Assembly: GCF_009914755.1 (NCBI RefSeq)
Contig: NC_060934.1
Source of the DNA: the human T2T-CHM13v2.0 reference genome, Homo sapiens
Reading direction: 5' to 3' (one strand)
Length of the DNA: 64,000 nt
Positions 28,824 through 42,877 of the stretch are shown one piece after another. The notes below the pieces were generated by a model. That model had not been told where the DNA came from. It saw only the letters and a program-made list of their open reading frames with translations, and searched no databases. Positions within the stretch are counted from its first letter, which is position 1. Each line of letters begins with the position of its first letter. Position numbers and translations under genes: made by a program.

Positions 28824-31800
28824 AGCAGAAAAAGAGGGGAGGATAAGGTCCTTTTCTATGCAACTCTCTGAGCAAAAACAATGCAGTCCTTTAAAAAATT
28901 GTTATCTTCTAATGTTAAAATAGCTAATTCTTATTTAAAGATTTAGTTGTAAGTCTTAAAGAAAATGTTACAGTCTTTTAAAGATACAAGAAGTGTTAAG
29001 GGCTTCTCCACTTTTATTGGGCTGTTGGATTGGGTATTAAAATTGAGAAATATGCCTTATAAAGTTGTTTTTAATTGTAAATAAGTTCATGCATTGTTAA
29101 ATTCAATTCTTGAAATATTCTGTTTCTAAGCAAATACACAACAGTACATAGCCAGTTTGCTATAGTTTCATGTTTTAAATTTTGTGTACATTTCATGTCA
29201 CATGTTTCTTAATTTTTAGATGTTTACATATCTGAGCCTATGTTATCCTTGTACAAGTTTGATGGGAAAGCAACCAACACACTGATCTTTTATTCTTATT
29301 CAATTTTTCTTTCATAGGTAGATTTCTGCACTAGTTTTATTTTACCTGAATTTGATCAGATGTTTTAAATGATCCAAATTCCTAGCACTAGAAAAAATCC
29401 AGGCTTTTGTAGTTTATGTTGTTGTTGAACGAGAAGAAGACCAGACAAGTAGACACACGTTTACTAATCATAGGGGTGACTTCCTTTCCAGTGTTCAGCA
29501 AGGGATGGGGTATAAGGCAATGCCAAACTTCAACCTGCCCATCAGGTGAAAGAGTGAAGAATGTCTAATGTAGAGTTGTTCTTGAAACTAGGCCAGATGA
29601 TGTCACATACTGGCTTAATTTTTTCTATTGGATGCTTAATTATTTGAGGATTCTGCAGGAAAAGTCCGGGTTGAGTTGGCTTGTTCAATACTAAAATATT
29701 TTTCTCCTGCTAAAGCACACACATTCGCTCACAGCAGTGTATATGGAACTTATAGATGTTTATTTTTACCTCTTTTTTTCTTTTCCCTTCCTTTCTTACT
29801 CTCACTACCTAAGTTCAAGGTCTGTGGACTGTGTACTTGTGGAGGAGGAGCACCAGGAAGGGGAAGGGAGGGATTCCTGCTGGCAGGAACCATGGAGAGC
29901 ACATCCCTACCTAACCCTGCAGAAAAGTAGCCACAGCTCAAGGAGGTCTCTCATGTAGATCTATAGAGTAGCCCGTGCAAAATAGCATCTTTCATCACAG
30001 AGTGACTGACTTTTAACAAAGCAATAAAGCTAAGCCTCTTTGGCCCATCTACCAGAATGAGGACACTGCGTTGTTAAGAAATCACTCAATTAAAATAATA
30101 TTTGTCGAAATTGTACTTGACCTGTAATCAAGAGCGACATTTGACACCTTAGTGCAGCTTCTCAAATGTTACTTATTATGACTTGGAAGGGTAACAATAA
30201 ACAAAAACAACACAACAAATAAATACAACAAGAGGCAAATCACACTTCCCTTTGGTTTCAGAATCTACAATGACTGCTTGAACATTTGCCTAGTTTAGGA
30301 ATATGTCTTTGTCTCAGGATTTTAGGGGTGCAGAAAGGAATGAGAGTATATGGAGCCCACCTTTTCTGAACTAGCTTTCCCAGTAGCCTGGAAACAGAAG
30401 GATTTTCTTGCTTGGTAGAGAGTATTGAACCCTGTCCTTCTGTGTGTCCAGGCCAATGTCTGTCGAGAGCTTGACTCTCTGTGCTGGAACTAACCTTGTC
30501 CATCTTCCCATAGTTCAGTATTGTCTTCCTCAAAATAAAGGAAATTATCTCCAACTTCTTGAAACATGCAGAATTTTAAAATGGTTTTCTTTATAAAAAC
30601 GATAATATCAGCATATTTTCTAAACTGCTTGTTAGAGGTATAGAGTTGTGCAGCTTAGATTTGGCTGTTGTGTCAGACCTCTGTGTTCCAGTCCTCCTGT
30701 GGAGTGGACCTGTGACATCAGAACACACAGAGGTGGGGACTGGAATATCTCAGAGTTTCCCCAGGGGCTCCAAAGGGCTGGAAGTGTGGGTCCCACCTCC
30801 TTCCATGAGGGGCAGAAGAAATGTGTTGAAAACCAGCGATGGACAGGTGATGCATCAGGCTCTCAAGTCTCATTTCTAGATTCCATCATCCACATCAATT
30901 TTTCATCTATTACTTTTACTCATTGTAGGCTTTTAATGAGATGTAGAGAAAAATACAAGCTGAAAAGAATCAACAACATTTTACTTCAAAAGATTAAAGA
31001 CATAATTACCAGTGGTTGGTAGTACGTCTATGAGGAGCAGCGAAGGCATCGCTCATCTCGGGCTTTTGAGACGCGTGCCATTATCAAGCCTAACCGTGCA
31101 AACCAGAGATGCAGAGCTGACTTAAAAAGCTGCTGTTTTGTCCCAAGAAAATCCCTTAATACAGTATCTGTTTTTCATAGTAGTTTGGCTAAGCTTCTGA
31201 CATTACCATGACTTGCTTGCCCATGTTTCTAAACCATACTGACTCAAGGAAAAGGAGTCTTTGGAGAGAGATAACATGCAATTGAAAATCTGATGATATT
31301 TTGCATAGTCAGAAAGACTTTTCCTGCTTAGAAAATGTTTTCTGTATAACACAGATGTGTTTTTCAATGCCTTGGAATTTCCTCTTTAGAAAATATGTTG
31401 AGTCAACCGAATTTTTAAAGAAAATAATTATATCCTGAATTTAGCTCTGCTGAAAGAGCATGCAAAAGTTGCAATCATGTCCTTTGTAAATGTGTTTTAA
31501 AGTTTTCCCAGAGTTTATCACGTGAGGATGAAATGAAGGAGCTGGGGTCTCAGGGTTAATGTATACTTTGATTTGCAGAAGAATAAGAAAGTGTATACAG
31601 GTAAAAATAAAATACATATGTGCCAACATGTACATTATCACTAATCCTCAAAATTTAAAAACCTCTACTTTTTAATATTCAAAATCCTTATTGGTCCTTA
31701 TTTGGAATATGTTTATCATTAAAAGATTCCTAGTAAAATAAAGATTGGAAGTGGGTAAATGTGTGAATATGGTAGAAAGGTCTCTTCATGTTTCCAGTTT

Positions 31801-32358
31801 CCAGGGAGGATTACAAACAAAGCCACTTTAAATGTTTTTTTCCAAAGTGACTATACCATTGGCATTTCTACCAGCAATAGAGGAGAGTTCTGTTTGGTCA
31901 GCATCTTTGCTGACACTTATGTAGCCAGTGCTTTTTTATTTTGATTATTCTAATAGAGGTGTAGTAGTATCTTATTGTGGTTTAATTTGAATTCCTGTAA
32001 TAATTAAGAATATTCAGCATCTTTTCACGTTTATTTTCTATTCATATATCTTGGTGAAATGTCTTATCAAATATTTTGCCCAATTTTTATTGCTCTCTTT
32101 CTTCACTATTGAATTTTCAAAGTTTGTTATATATTTTGAATGTTACTTATTGATTAAATATATGTTTTGCTAGTATTTTCTCATAGTGTTTGGCTTGTCT
32201 TTACATTTTCTTAACAGGGTCTTTCAAAAGGCAGGATTTCTTAATTTCGATTAATTATATTTGACCTTTTCTTTCAAGGACAGTGTTTTTATTCTTATAT
32301 CTAAGAACTCTTTGCTGAACTTACGGTCATCAAGTTTACTTCTAGAAATTTTATATGT

Positions 32359-33059
32359 CAAAACCACAATGATATACCATCTCACGCCAGTCAGAATGGC
32401 GATTATTAAAAAGTCAAGAAACAATAGATGCCGGCAAGGCTGTGGAGGAATAGGAAGGCTTTTAAACTGTTGGTGGGAATGTAAATTAGTTTAACAATTT
32501 TGGAAAACAGTGTGGTGATTCCTCAAGGATCTAGAACCAGAATTATCATTTGACCCACCAATCCCATTCCTGGGTATATACCCAAAGGAATATAAATCAT
32601 TCTACTATAAAGACACACGCACATGTATATTTACTGCAGCACTATTCACAATAGCAAAGACTTGGAACCAACCCGAATGCCCATCAATGCTAGACTGGAT
32701 AAAGAAAATGTGGCACATATATACCATGGAATACTATTCAGCCACAAAAAGGAATGAGATCATGTCCTTTGTAGGGACATGGATGAACCTGGAAGCCATC
32801 ATTCTCAGCAAACTAACACAGGAACAGAAAACCAAACACTGCATGTTCTCACTCATAAGTACGAGTCGAACAATGAGAACACATGGACACAGGAAGGGGA
32901 ACAACACACACCAGGGCCTGTTGGGGGACGGGGAGCGAGGGGAGGAAACATACAGGACAAGTCAATAGGTACAGCAAACCACCATGGCACACGTGTACCT
33001 ATGTAACAAACCTGCATGTTCTGCACATGTATCCTGGAACTTAAAGCAATTTTAAAAAC
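32359..33059 (+). mobile_element. 5'-truncated L1PA (about L1PA8-10) 3' end
   Basis: ORF2 C-terminus (WIKKMWHIYTMEYY) plus 3' UTR; TSD aaattttatatgt (32346-32358) / aaactttatatgt (33060-33072). Confidence 0.93.
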
Positions 33060-33762
33060 AAACTTTATATGTTTTAATATTTAAGTCTATAATCTATTTT
33101 GAGTTAATTTTTCTATACAGTGCAAGATATGGGTCAAAGTGCAATTTTTATGCATACGAATATCCCAGCATCGATTACTACAAAGACTTTCCTTTCTCAA
33201 TTGAATTGCCTTTGCAAAGCTTTGTAGAAAATCAATTGACAATATTTAGCAAGTCTATTTCTGGACTCTTTTCAGTTTCATTCATTCAGGTGTCTATCCT
33301 TCTGCTAATGCCACACTGACTTGACTACTGCAGCTTTACAGTGAGCCTTGAGCCAGGTAGCGTGAGCCCTCCAATTATGTTCTCCCTTTTTCAGTGTGGT
33401 TTGGGTTATTCTTTTGAATTTTTACTAAATTTTAGAAGCACTGTGTCAACTCTTATTTTAAAAATCACGTGTCATGTTGATTCAAATTGCATTAATTCTA
33501 TAAATTAATTTGGGGAGAAATGACAATATCACTTGAGTCTTCCAGATCATGACTAGAGAACATCTTCATGTCTTTTTAGGTGGTCTTTAATCAATGTTTC
33601 TTTCATACTTTTTTTTAAATTTTTTGACATACAGGTCATTCACAGAGTTTGTTACATTTATACATCATAATTATTTTAGGTTTTTGGTGCTATTAAAATG
33701 GCAGTCTTGAAATTTCAATTTCAAATTGTTCATTGCTAGCACATTAACATGCAACTGATATT

Positions 33763-34064
33763 TATTTATTTATTTATTTATTTATTTATTAGAGATGGGG
33801 GGGTCTCACTCCATCACCTAGGCTGGAGTGCAGTGGCACAATCATAGCTCACTGCAGCCTCAAACATGGAGGCTCAAGCAATCCTCCCACCTCATAGCTG
33901 GGATCACAGGCACAAACTAACATGCCCAGCTAATTTTCTTTTTTCGTAGACACAGGGTCTTGCTATGTTGGGCAGGCTCATCTGAAACTCCTGGCTTCAA
34001 GGGATCCTCCTCCCTCCACCTCCCAAAGTGCTGGGATTACACATATTAGCCACCGCACCCGGCC
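33763..34064 (-). mobile_element. AluJ
   Basis: (TTTA)n tail; atcatagctcactgcagcctcaa...gctcaagcaatcctcccacc. Confidence 0.9.
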
Positions 34065-34067
34065 TGA

Positions 34068-34370
<303 letters not shown>

Positions 34371-35509
34371 CCCGGCCTGGTTTTTAAACATTGTTTTGCT
34401 AATATCATGTTTCAGTTCTAGTAGCCTCCTATGGATTCATTTGTATTTTCTTACACAATTACACTATCTGTAAATAGAAACAGTTTTTTTTTGTTTTGTT
34501 TTGTTTTGTTTTTTTTTACAATCTATGTGCTTTCATTTCTTTTTTCTTGTTCCTTATTGAGCTACCTACAATGACCAATAAAAATAGTAACAGGGGACAT
34601 CCTTTTCTTGTTCCTGATTTTAGAAAGAAAGCATTCAATCTTTTACTAATAAATGACTTCATTTGTAGGTATTTTGTGGGTTTTTTTTTTTAGTTGAGGA
34701 CTTTTTATTGTATTGAATGAATAAACATTGAATTATTTCAGGGTTTTATTTGCATCTCAAAAGATGATCATATGCTTTTCCTTCTTTAGTCTGTTAATAT
34801 GGTTTATTAGCATTGATTAATTTTTGAATATTAAACCACCCTTTCATTTTCAGAATAAACCACACATGGTGATGACGTGATGCCATTTTTACATGCTGCT
34901 GGTTTCGCTTTGCAAACATTTTTAGAATAATTCACATCCTTTCTCATCCAGTGCCATTGTCTTCTGCCTGAAATATTTGCAATGCCACATTAGTCATTTC
35001 CTCCAATCTTATCCCCACTTGAATCCACTTGAGTCCCAGCACCATCCATCCAAAGTAGAATATCAATCATCCCTCTTTCTTAGCTTTCTAAAGACCCCTT
35101 TCATCTCTAAGTGTATAAATTCCTCAGCATATTAAAAATGGATCTCTAGCAAAAGCCTGCAGCTTCATCTCTTCTTTTTCCTGAAATATTGTGGTCTACA
35201 AAAGCTACATTTCTTGTCTTTCTGTGACTCTACTGTATTGCTCACACTATTTCTTTTCCTGGATTTTTTTTATACCATATTTATTATGAAGACATATTTT
35301 CATCATTTTTTATGTCTCCACTCAGGCACCCTCTCATTCTCCAAGAAAAGGCTATTTTCCTCTTTTGTGTATACCATAATGGGCAGTTCAGATACCTATT
35401 ATATATGGGTATATATTCACATGCAAATATGTGAAAGTGAAGTTACCTATCTAAAGGTTGCCTTCCTTATAAGTCTAAGCTCCTGGAGAGCAATTCAGGT
35501 GGTATTACA

Positions 35510-35853
<344 letters not shown>

Positions 35854-37339
35854 TAATGTTTGTTGAACTATTCTGGGTTAAATAGCACTGACATGGGTGG
35901 ATTCTTGAGGAAAGATGTCACCATGATTTGTGTCTCATTAGCCAGCGTCCCTACAACTTTGTGGAGCACTGGCTGGAGCGAAGAGTGACTAGAAGTGAGA
36001 TAATCCTCTTCTGCAGTTCTGCGTTCACTGTCTGTAATGCCCTTTGGACTCACAGACTACATCAAACTTACAATGAATGCAGAGAGTTCTTTACTACAAA
36101 TATATCTATCTAAGCACAGACACAGCAAGTTTTCAATTCCAAAAGGCTCATAGAACTGTTGGTTCCATCCCTTTCCCAATGTGTAAACAGGTTTTCCATT
36201 GTGAGTTGCACAGAGGAATTATAGCAGTGTCCGGTAAGACCGGGTGATCCAGGAATGGAAGACGGGATGAACAGACAGATGAAGGAACCTGAGAAACGGA
36301 GGCTTGGGATAGACCCAGGGTATCTTCTTTCCACCTTTGTTGGAGATCCTTGGTTAGGAGACCGTAGGACAAAAACTGTCGGGCTGTTCTCTGTCGTCAG
36401 CGCTGGGGCTTGAGAGCAACATCATGGGATATTTACTGTTCCTTCGCAGATACCATTCACAAATGGCCAGAGTCTTAATGGTGTTGTTTGGAGTAGAGAA
36501 TTAATAGGGGCAAAGCTCTAATAGCCTCGAGGAAGCTACGGTTTTCTGCTGAGAAGTGTGTAAGGGTTGCTGCAGGACAACTCTGCAGCGGAAGCAGACA
36601 ACCCAGTTGTTAGTTCCTGAGGAGAGAGGCCTGTCCTCCCACCTCTCCTTAAGGAGCCATTTCTCTCTGCTTCTCTACCCGCTGATGACATCCAAGCTCT
36701 TCTTTGTGCCAAGTTTTCCCTCTTTCAATGAAGCCTTGCCCTCAGCAAATAAACACAGTCCAATGCCCGTTAACAAAAAGGCAACAAAGCAAAACTAAAA
36801 CAACAAGGGCAAAAGAAATCTAAACCCAAAACACAAGAAAGTATCGTCACTCTGACCTCATCTGGCTTTCATCCAATCTCTCCATTCACAGCCAAATTCT
36901 GTAGAGAAGAGTGCAGGGCCTACACATCCTGCCTCCTCACTTTTCATTTACTCTTGAATCTTACGCGATGAATCTTGCGTTCATGTGGGTCACACTGAAG
37001 CCGCTTGTGTGAATGTCACCAATGAACTTGTCACTGCTTCACCTTCCCCTCCTTTAAGCAACTTTTCAGGCGAGTGTCTGAGATGCCACCATATAAAAAT
37101 CGGAATGTCTTTAGCTTTGTTTTTTTAAAAAATGGGTAAAAATGAAAGACTCTATAAGGAAATTTTATTATCTCAGGCAAACTAGCCACACTTGGCAACA
37201 AGAGCTCCCAATATCTGGAGTCCCCAAGATTAATTCATCATCAGGGCCCACATCATCAAGGCGCTACTGCTGCCTTTTTCAATGTGGCCATGTTCAGATG
37301 TTATGCTGATTTGGGGGCTCGATCCACTCGAGCTTTCGT

Positions 37340-37340
<1 letters not shown>

Positions 37341-37374
<34 letters not shown>
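37341..37374. repeat. (GT)n microsatellite followed by a GA-rich tract
   Basis: About 17 perfect GT units. Confidence 0.95.
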
Positions 37375-37377
<3 letters not shown>

Positions 37378-38137
37378 AGAGAAGGCATAGGAAGTTGGAA
37401 GGAAGAGAAAGAGGGAAGGAGGGAGGAAGAGTAATAGAGAGAAATAGAAACAGAGAGTGCTGTGTGCATGTGTGTGACATGTGACAGTGTGAGAGTACCT
37501 GTGTTTGGAAAGAGCAAAACCAGACACATCACTGTCCACCAAATGCAAGGAAATTGTTTCTTCCCCAGCTTTGAGAACCTGAAAAAATTTTCTAGGAATC
37601 CTTCGGCAGCCTCTTGTCCCAGCATAAATGATTCACAGCCTAAAAAGAAAAGACTCCCCTTAGCTTATGAGTTCCTAAGTAGAAAAAGTCCTATTTGGGC
37701 TTAGGAGCCATTCCCCCCTCTAAATGATTCAATCCAATAGGGAAGGGGACCACAGGACAGGCTTACGCTCATCAGGACTGTCCTGATTCACGAAGAAAGG
37801 GGTGGCCAGGTTCTGCCAGTGTGGATGGAGGAGCAATGCTTGTTGAGTGGACGACCAGTAATGCCTGCCAAACTCCTTCCACTGGGTTCTCCTTTCCTAG
37901 TTCTGCAGTACAAGCTTCATGGTCTCAGCTTCTGCCCATCCATCAGTGTCCTTGTTAATGGAGGTGTTCAGGACCCTCTCCCATCACTTCTTCCTCCCCA
38001 CTCTCCACTCACAACTTTGGGCCTGTCCACCGCCTGAATGCGCTTGACCTGGACATCCATTTATCTAGGAGAGCTATCTCACTTGTGTTCAAATTGGTAT
38101 TCTCTCCAATAGATAAGACAGAAAATCTGAACTAATC

Positions 38138-38335
38138 ACACACACTTATACACACACAAATGCACTCACACTCAGACACACACATTCATACACAGACATG
38201 CACAGAAATACAGACACACACATACACACACACACCAACACATGCACAGACACACAGACACCCTCAGACACACAGAGACACACACAAACACACACAAACT
38301 CATGGACACACACACAATGACACAGATGCACAGAC
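38138..38335. repeat. Degenerate (CA)n/(CAGA) low-complexity tract
   Basis: About 200 bp CA-rich. Confidence 0.9.
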
Positions 38336-38687
38336 TCATTCCAAATCTTTCCTCTTGCCTTGCACTTTTATGATTAGTGAATTAAATCATAACCCACACC
38401 ATTACCCAAGCCAGGAACCAGTGAATATTCCTGGCTGTTACTCCTCTCTTGAGCCCCACAGTTGCTGCAAGGAGTTGTGTCCTGCTGATGGCTCCCCTTC
38501 CACATGTCTCACCACCTTCTCCTCTCCTGCACACTCTGAGATTGTTTAGTGCAGGCCTGTACAATTGCACACAGGTGCTGCCTGTCACCCCAACAGCAGG
38601 CTTGTTCTCTCCATCTGCACCCAGAGAGAGGCTTTGCAGCTGGGGGTGCGAATGTGGCAGAATTTCCATCCTTTCCAACACACATTC

Positions 38688-38975
38688 ATTTTATGGCCCA
38701 GAATGTGTTCTCTTCTCTCTTGGTGAATGTCCCAAATGCCTGTGAGCAGAATGTGTATTTGCTTCGATTGGGTGTGGTCACTAATGTCCCGGGCAGGGTA
38801 GAGTTGTCCAGCTCTTCTGTCTTTCCACAGATTGTCTAGGCACTGATTCTATCCATTACTGTGTTGAAATCTCTAGCTAGAATTGCAGACTTATTTCCCC
38901 TTTTCAGTTCTATCAGCTTTTGATTCCTGTATTTTGAAACTCCAATATGAAGCCCACACTCATTTAGGATTAATA
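38688..38975 (-). mobile_element. L1M fragment
   Basis: ttttatggcccagaatgtg...ttggtgaatgtccca...agaatgtgtatt...gtgttgaaatctc...ttctatcag...tgtattttgaa. Confidence 0.7.
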
Positions 38976-39842
38976 TGGAAGCCAGCCTTTAAATAAGAAT
39001 TTTATCTTAAAATTAATATCACTCTGTCATCTTAAGAAGATGTGAGGCCTGTGAGAGCAGGTACTGTGTATTTTGTGTCTGTATTCTTTCTGTTTCACAC
39101 TGCAACCATAATCGATGATGAATAAATAATGTTCCCTCTTGAAGATCTGGTCCCTGTCTCCAGGGCAGTGCTATGTAAAAAAAAAAGAGCAAATTCCTGC
39201 CTTCTAAACACTCCTCCACACCAACAAACACACTGTGCTAGGAAAGCAGCAGTGATGAAGGTGCTGGGCCTCCGGTGGAAAGGTAACACACATTTCCCAT
39301 CCTCGGGAGCTTGCAGCACCGGCAGATAACACAGTATGCTTCTATGCCAGGGTGGACCCAGGAGTCCGTCCTCCCTGTCACTTACGAGACTGGAGTCCTG
39401 GAAAAGTTACTGAACTTCTCTGTGCCTTGGTTTATCCATCATGAAAGTCGGGTTAAAAAGAATACCCCACCCCTAGGGTGGAAGTGGGACTTGCTTGAAT
39501 TGAAACAGTTGGTTTTTAAGTATTTTGCATAGCTGTTATTATTAAATTAACATCAAAAAAGTTGCCTGGTTATTTTAATATGGTCTTCACATAGGCAGTA
39601 CAGCCGGCCAGATTTAGCATTTGCATTTATAACTGAGTCTCTCTTCTGCCTCCGTGAGACTTCCCAGGAGTTGCTTTGATGCTGCAGGGAGTCACACATC
39701 TCCAGATGCATCACTGGTGACTCAGCAAGCACCTGACCTGGTCCGTCACACATGGGGCTTATGTGCTTAACTCCTATGCGATGATGATTCTTCTCTAGTT
39801 CTTGGGGGTCGTTCCCTTGCTCCTACTGTACTGGCTGTTTAA

Positions 39843-40197
<355 letters not shown>

Positions 40198-40724
40198 CAT
40201 AGATGTCATTGAAATTCAAGGGGGAAATCATTTGGAATGATCACAGCGACTGGTCCAGAGATGACTAACAGCTTAAAATGACCCCACCTGAAACAGCGGC
40301 GATCAGTGGAATGTCCAAGTATATATATATATATTTTTTTAATGAAGCTCTTTTGGACCAGAAACCCTAAGAATGTTTAGTCTGGAGTTCCATAATTATA
40401 AAAAAAATCTTCTGAAGTTAATCACCGTTTTTATCTGAAACCATACTCTAACTCAGTAACTCTTTCTCAGGGTTTACTTTCTCTTGAGCCACAAGCATCC
40501 ATTTGTCCCCTACCAAAGGGACTAGACTTTCATGATGGATAAAAGGACACTAGTGCCAGGTAGCTTCTGCTTCTAAATTTTGGTTTAAAAAATGAAACAT
40601 CTCCTTTTAGATATTCTAAAAAGTCATCTCCCCTAAAATCATGAAGCCTGGTTTATAAACTTTATAGAAGAAACTAGGTCTTTGAGGCTAACACATATTA
40701 GTGTATTAAAAAATACGGTAAACC

Positions 40725-41025
40725 AGCCGGGCACAGTGGCTCACGCCTGAAATCCCAGCACTTTGGGAGGCCAAGGCAGGTGGATCACTTGAGGTCAGGA
40801 GTTTGAGACAAGGCTGACCAACATGGTGAAACCCCGTCTCTACTAAAAATACAAAAATTAGCCAGGCTTGGTGGCATGCTCCTGTAATCCCAGCTACTCG
40901 GGAGGCTGAGGCACGAGAAAGGCTTAAACCGGGAGGCAGAGGTTGCAGTGAGCAGAGCTCCCATCACTACACTCCAGGTTGGTCAACAGAGCAGGACTCT
41001 GTCTCAGGAAAAAAAAAAAAAAAAA
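40725..41025 (+). mobile_element. AluS
   Basis: Dimer plus poly-A. Confidence 0.95.
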
Positions 41026-41577
41026 GGTAAACAAACATTGCCTTAAACAAAAATTGTATCTTATAAGATTTTACAAGTTGCACATTATCAACACATTCTA
41101 GTTAAATGCTTAAAAATTACTTCACAATTAACCCTATGGATTTTTAAAAGAAGGAAAGCTTAGACACAAACTCAGGAGCCAGATTGTTTTCCAACCCTTG
41201 GGCCTGCCACTTACTAAGTGTACCAGCCTCCCTCGGAGTCACTCTATTCCTCGTGGAATCTGAATAGTAAGTGTACACTTGACAGAACATACGGAGTGGT
41301 AATGTGAAACAAAAATATAGAATATTTAAAGGACTTACCTAACAGTAAGAAAAAAAATAAGTTCACTTAAAAGTGTTTTTATTTTCTTATTTGCAAAACA
41401 CCCCTTATTGTGGTAAGGTCTAACAATATACTATACATGTAAAAGTTTTACAGAAAATTACTGTAGCTTTCGATAATTTAATATATAACTGAAATACTTG
41501 AGATGGCATAATTCGATTTTATGTCAGTAATATCGAGTGAGACTAATCAAGATAGCAAGATTATGTTGCAAAATTAA

Positions 41578-41977
<400 letters not shown>

Positions 41978-42010
41978 TCACCTCCACACAGCTCTGTCTG
42001 CATTTTGAGC

Positions 42011-42450
42011 AATGGCCACCAGAGGGCAGGAAGAACCAATCTATAAAGCACACAAGGGTTTCACCAACTTTGAAGTCCTCCGTTAGAAGGCAAGTTGTCC
42101 ACTAATATGTAGGAACGATTAATGGCCACCAGAGGGCAGGAAGAACCAATCTATAAAGCGCACAAGGGTTTCACCAACTTTGAAGTCCTCCGTTAGAAGG
42201 CAAGTTGTCCACTAATATGTAGGAACGATTAATGGCCACCAGAGGGCAGGAAGAACCAATCTATAAAGCGCACAAGGGTTTCACCAGCTTTGAAGTCCTC
42301 CGTTAGAAGGCAAGTTGTCCACTAATATGTAGGAACGATTAATGGCCACCAGAGGGCAGGAAGAACCAATCTATAAAGCGCACAAGGGTTTCACCAACTT
42401 TGAAGTCCTAACTTAGAAGGCAAGTTGTCCACTAACATGTAGGAACTATT
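42011..42450 (+). repeat. Minisatellite/VNTR, 4 x 110 bp, each unit with a CTCF core motif
   Basis: Units start at 42011, 42121, 42231 and 42341 (aatggccaccagagggcaggaagaaccaatctataaag...). Units 1-3 differ by 1-2 nt; unit 4 differs by about 5 nt in its 3' part. Confidence 0.97.
42013..42361 (+). promoter_or_regulatory. Four tandem forward-oriented CTCF motifs (TGGCCACCAGAGGGCAGGA)
   Basis: Motifs at 42013, 42123, 42233 and 42343 closely match the CTCF consensus TGGCCACCAGGGGGCGCTA. Binding is not shown by sequence alone. Confidence 0.75.
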
Positions 42451-42877
42451 TTTAATTATACCATTATTTTCCCTCAATTTTATTTATAAACTAATGAATT
42501 CACAAAATATTTCCAAAGCTCAAGTGAAGTACATCCTAATCAACTTGATTTACAATTTGTGATTTTTCTCTGAATCAATCTATAAATAATCAATAAGAAG
42601 ATAATTATTTAGAAAATGAGGCTCCGAAAAATATGTTGGCTTTACATTTTTTGCCTGTGCAAGTAAATATAAAAATGTCTTTTCTCACATTTCTTCCATT
42701 TATAAACCGTTTTTAAAAATCATAAATTAAGACATGTGTGTTTTAAAAGTCTCACAACATGCAGCATTTTAAAAATTGTCTTATGCTTTACTGCTCCCTC
42801 CCGTAGGTAATCACTGTTACATTTCTCATTTACTGCAAAATTCTCTGTGCATATGGAGCACATAGATGGATAGATAG

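Noticed and set aside
42011-42450. Regular repeat array superficially like a CRISPR array
   Set aside because: Units are contiguous near-identical 110-mers with no unique spacers, in a eukaryotic context with no cas genes.
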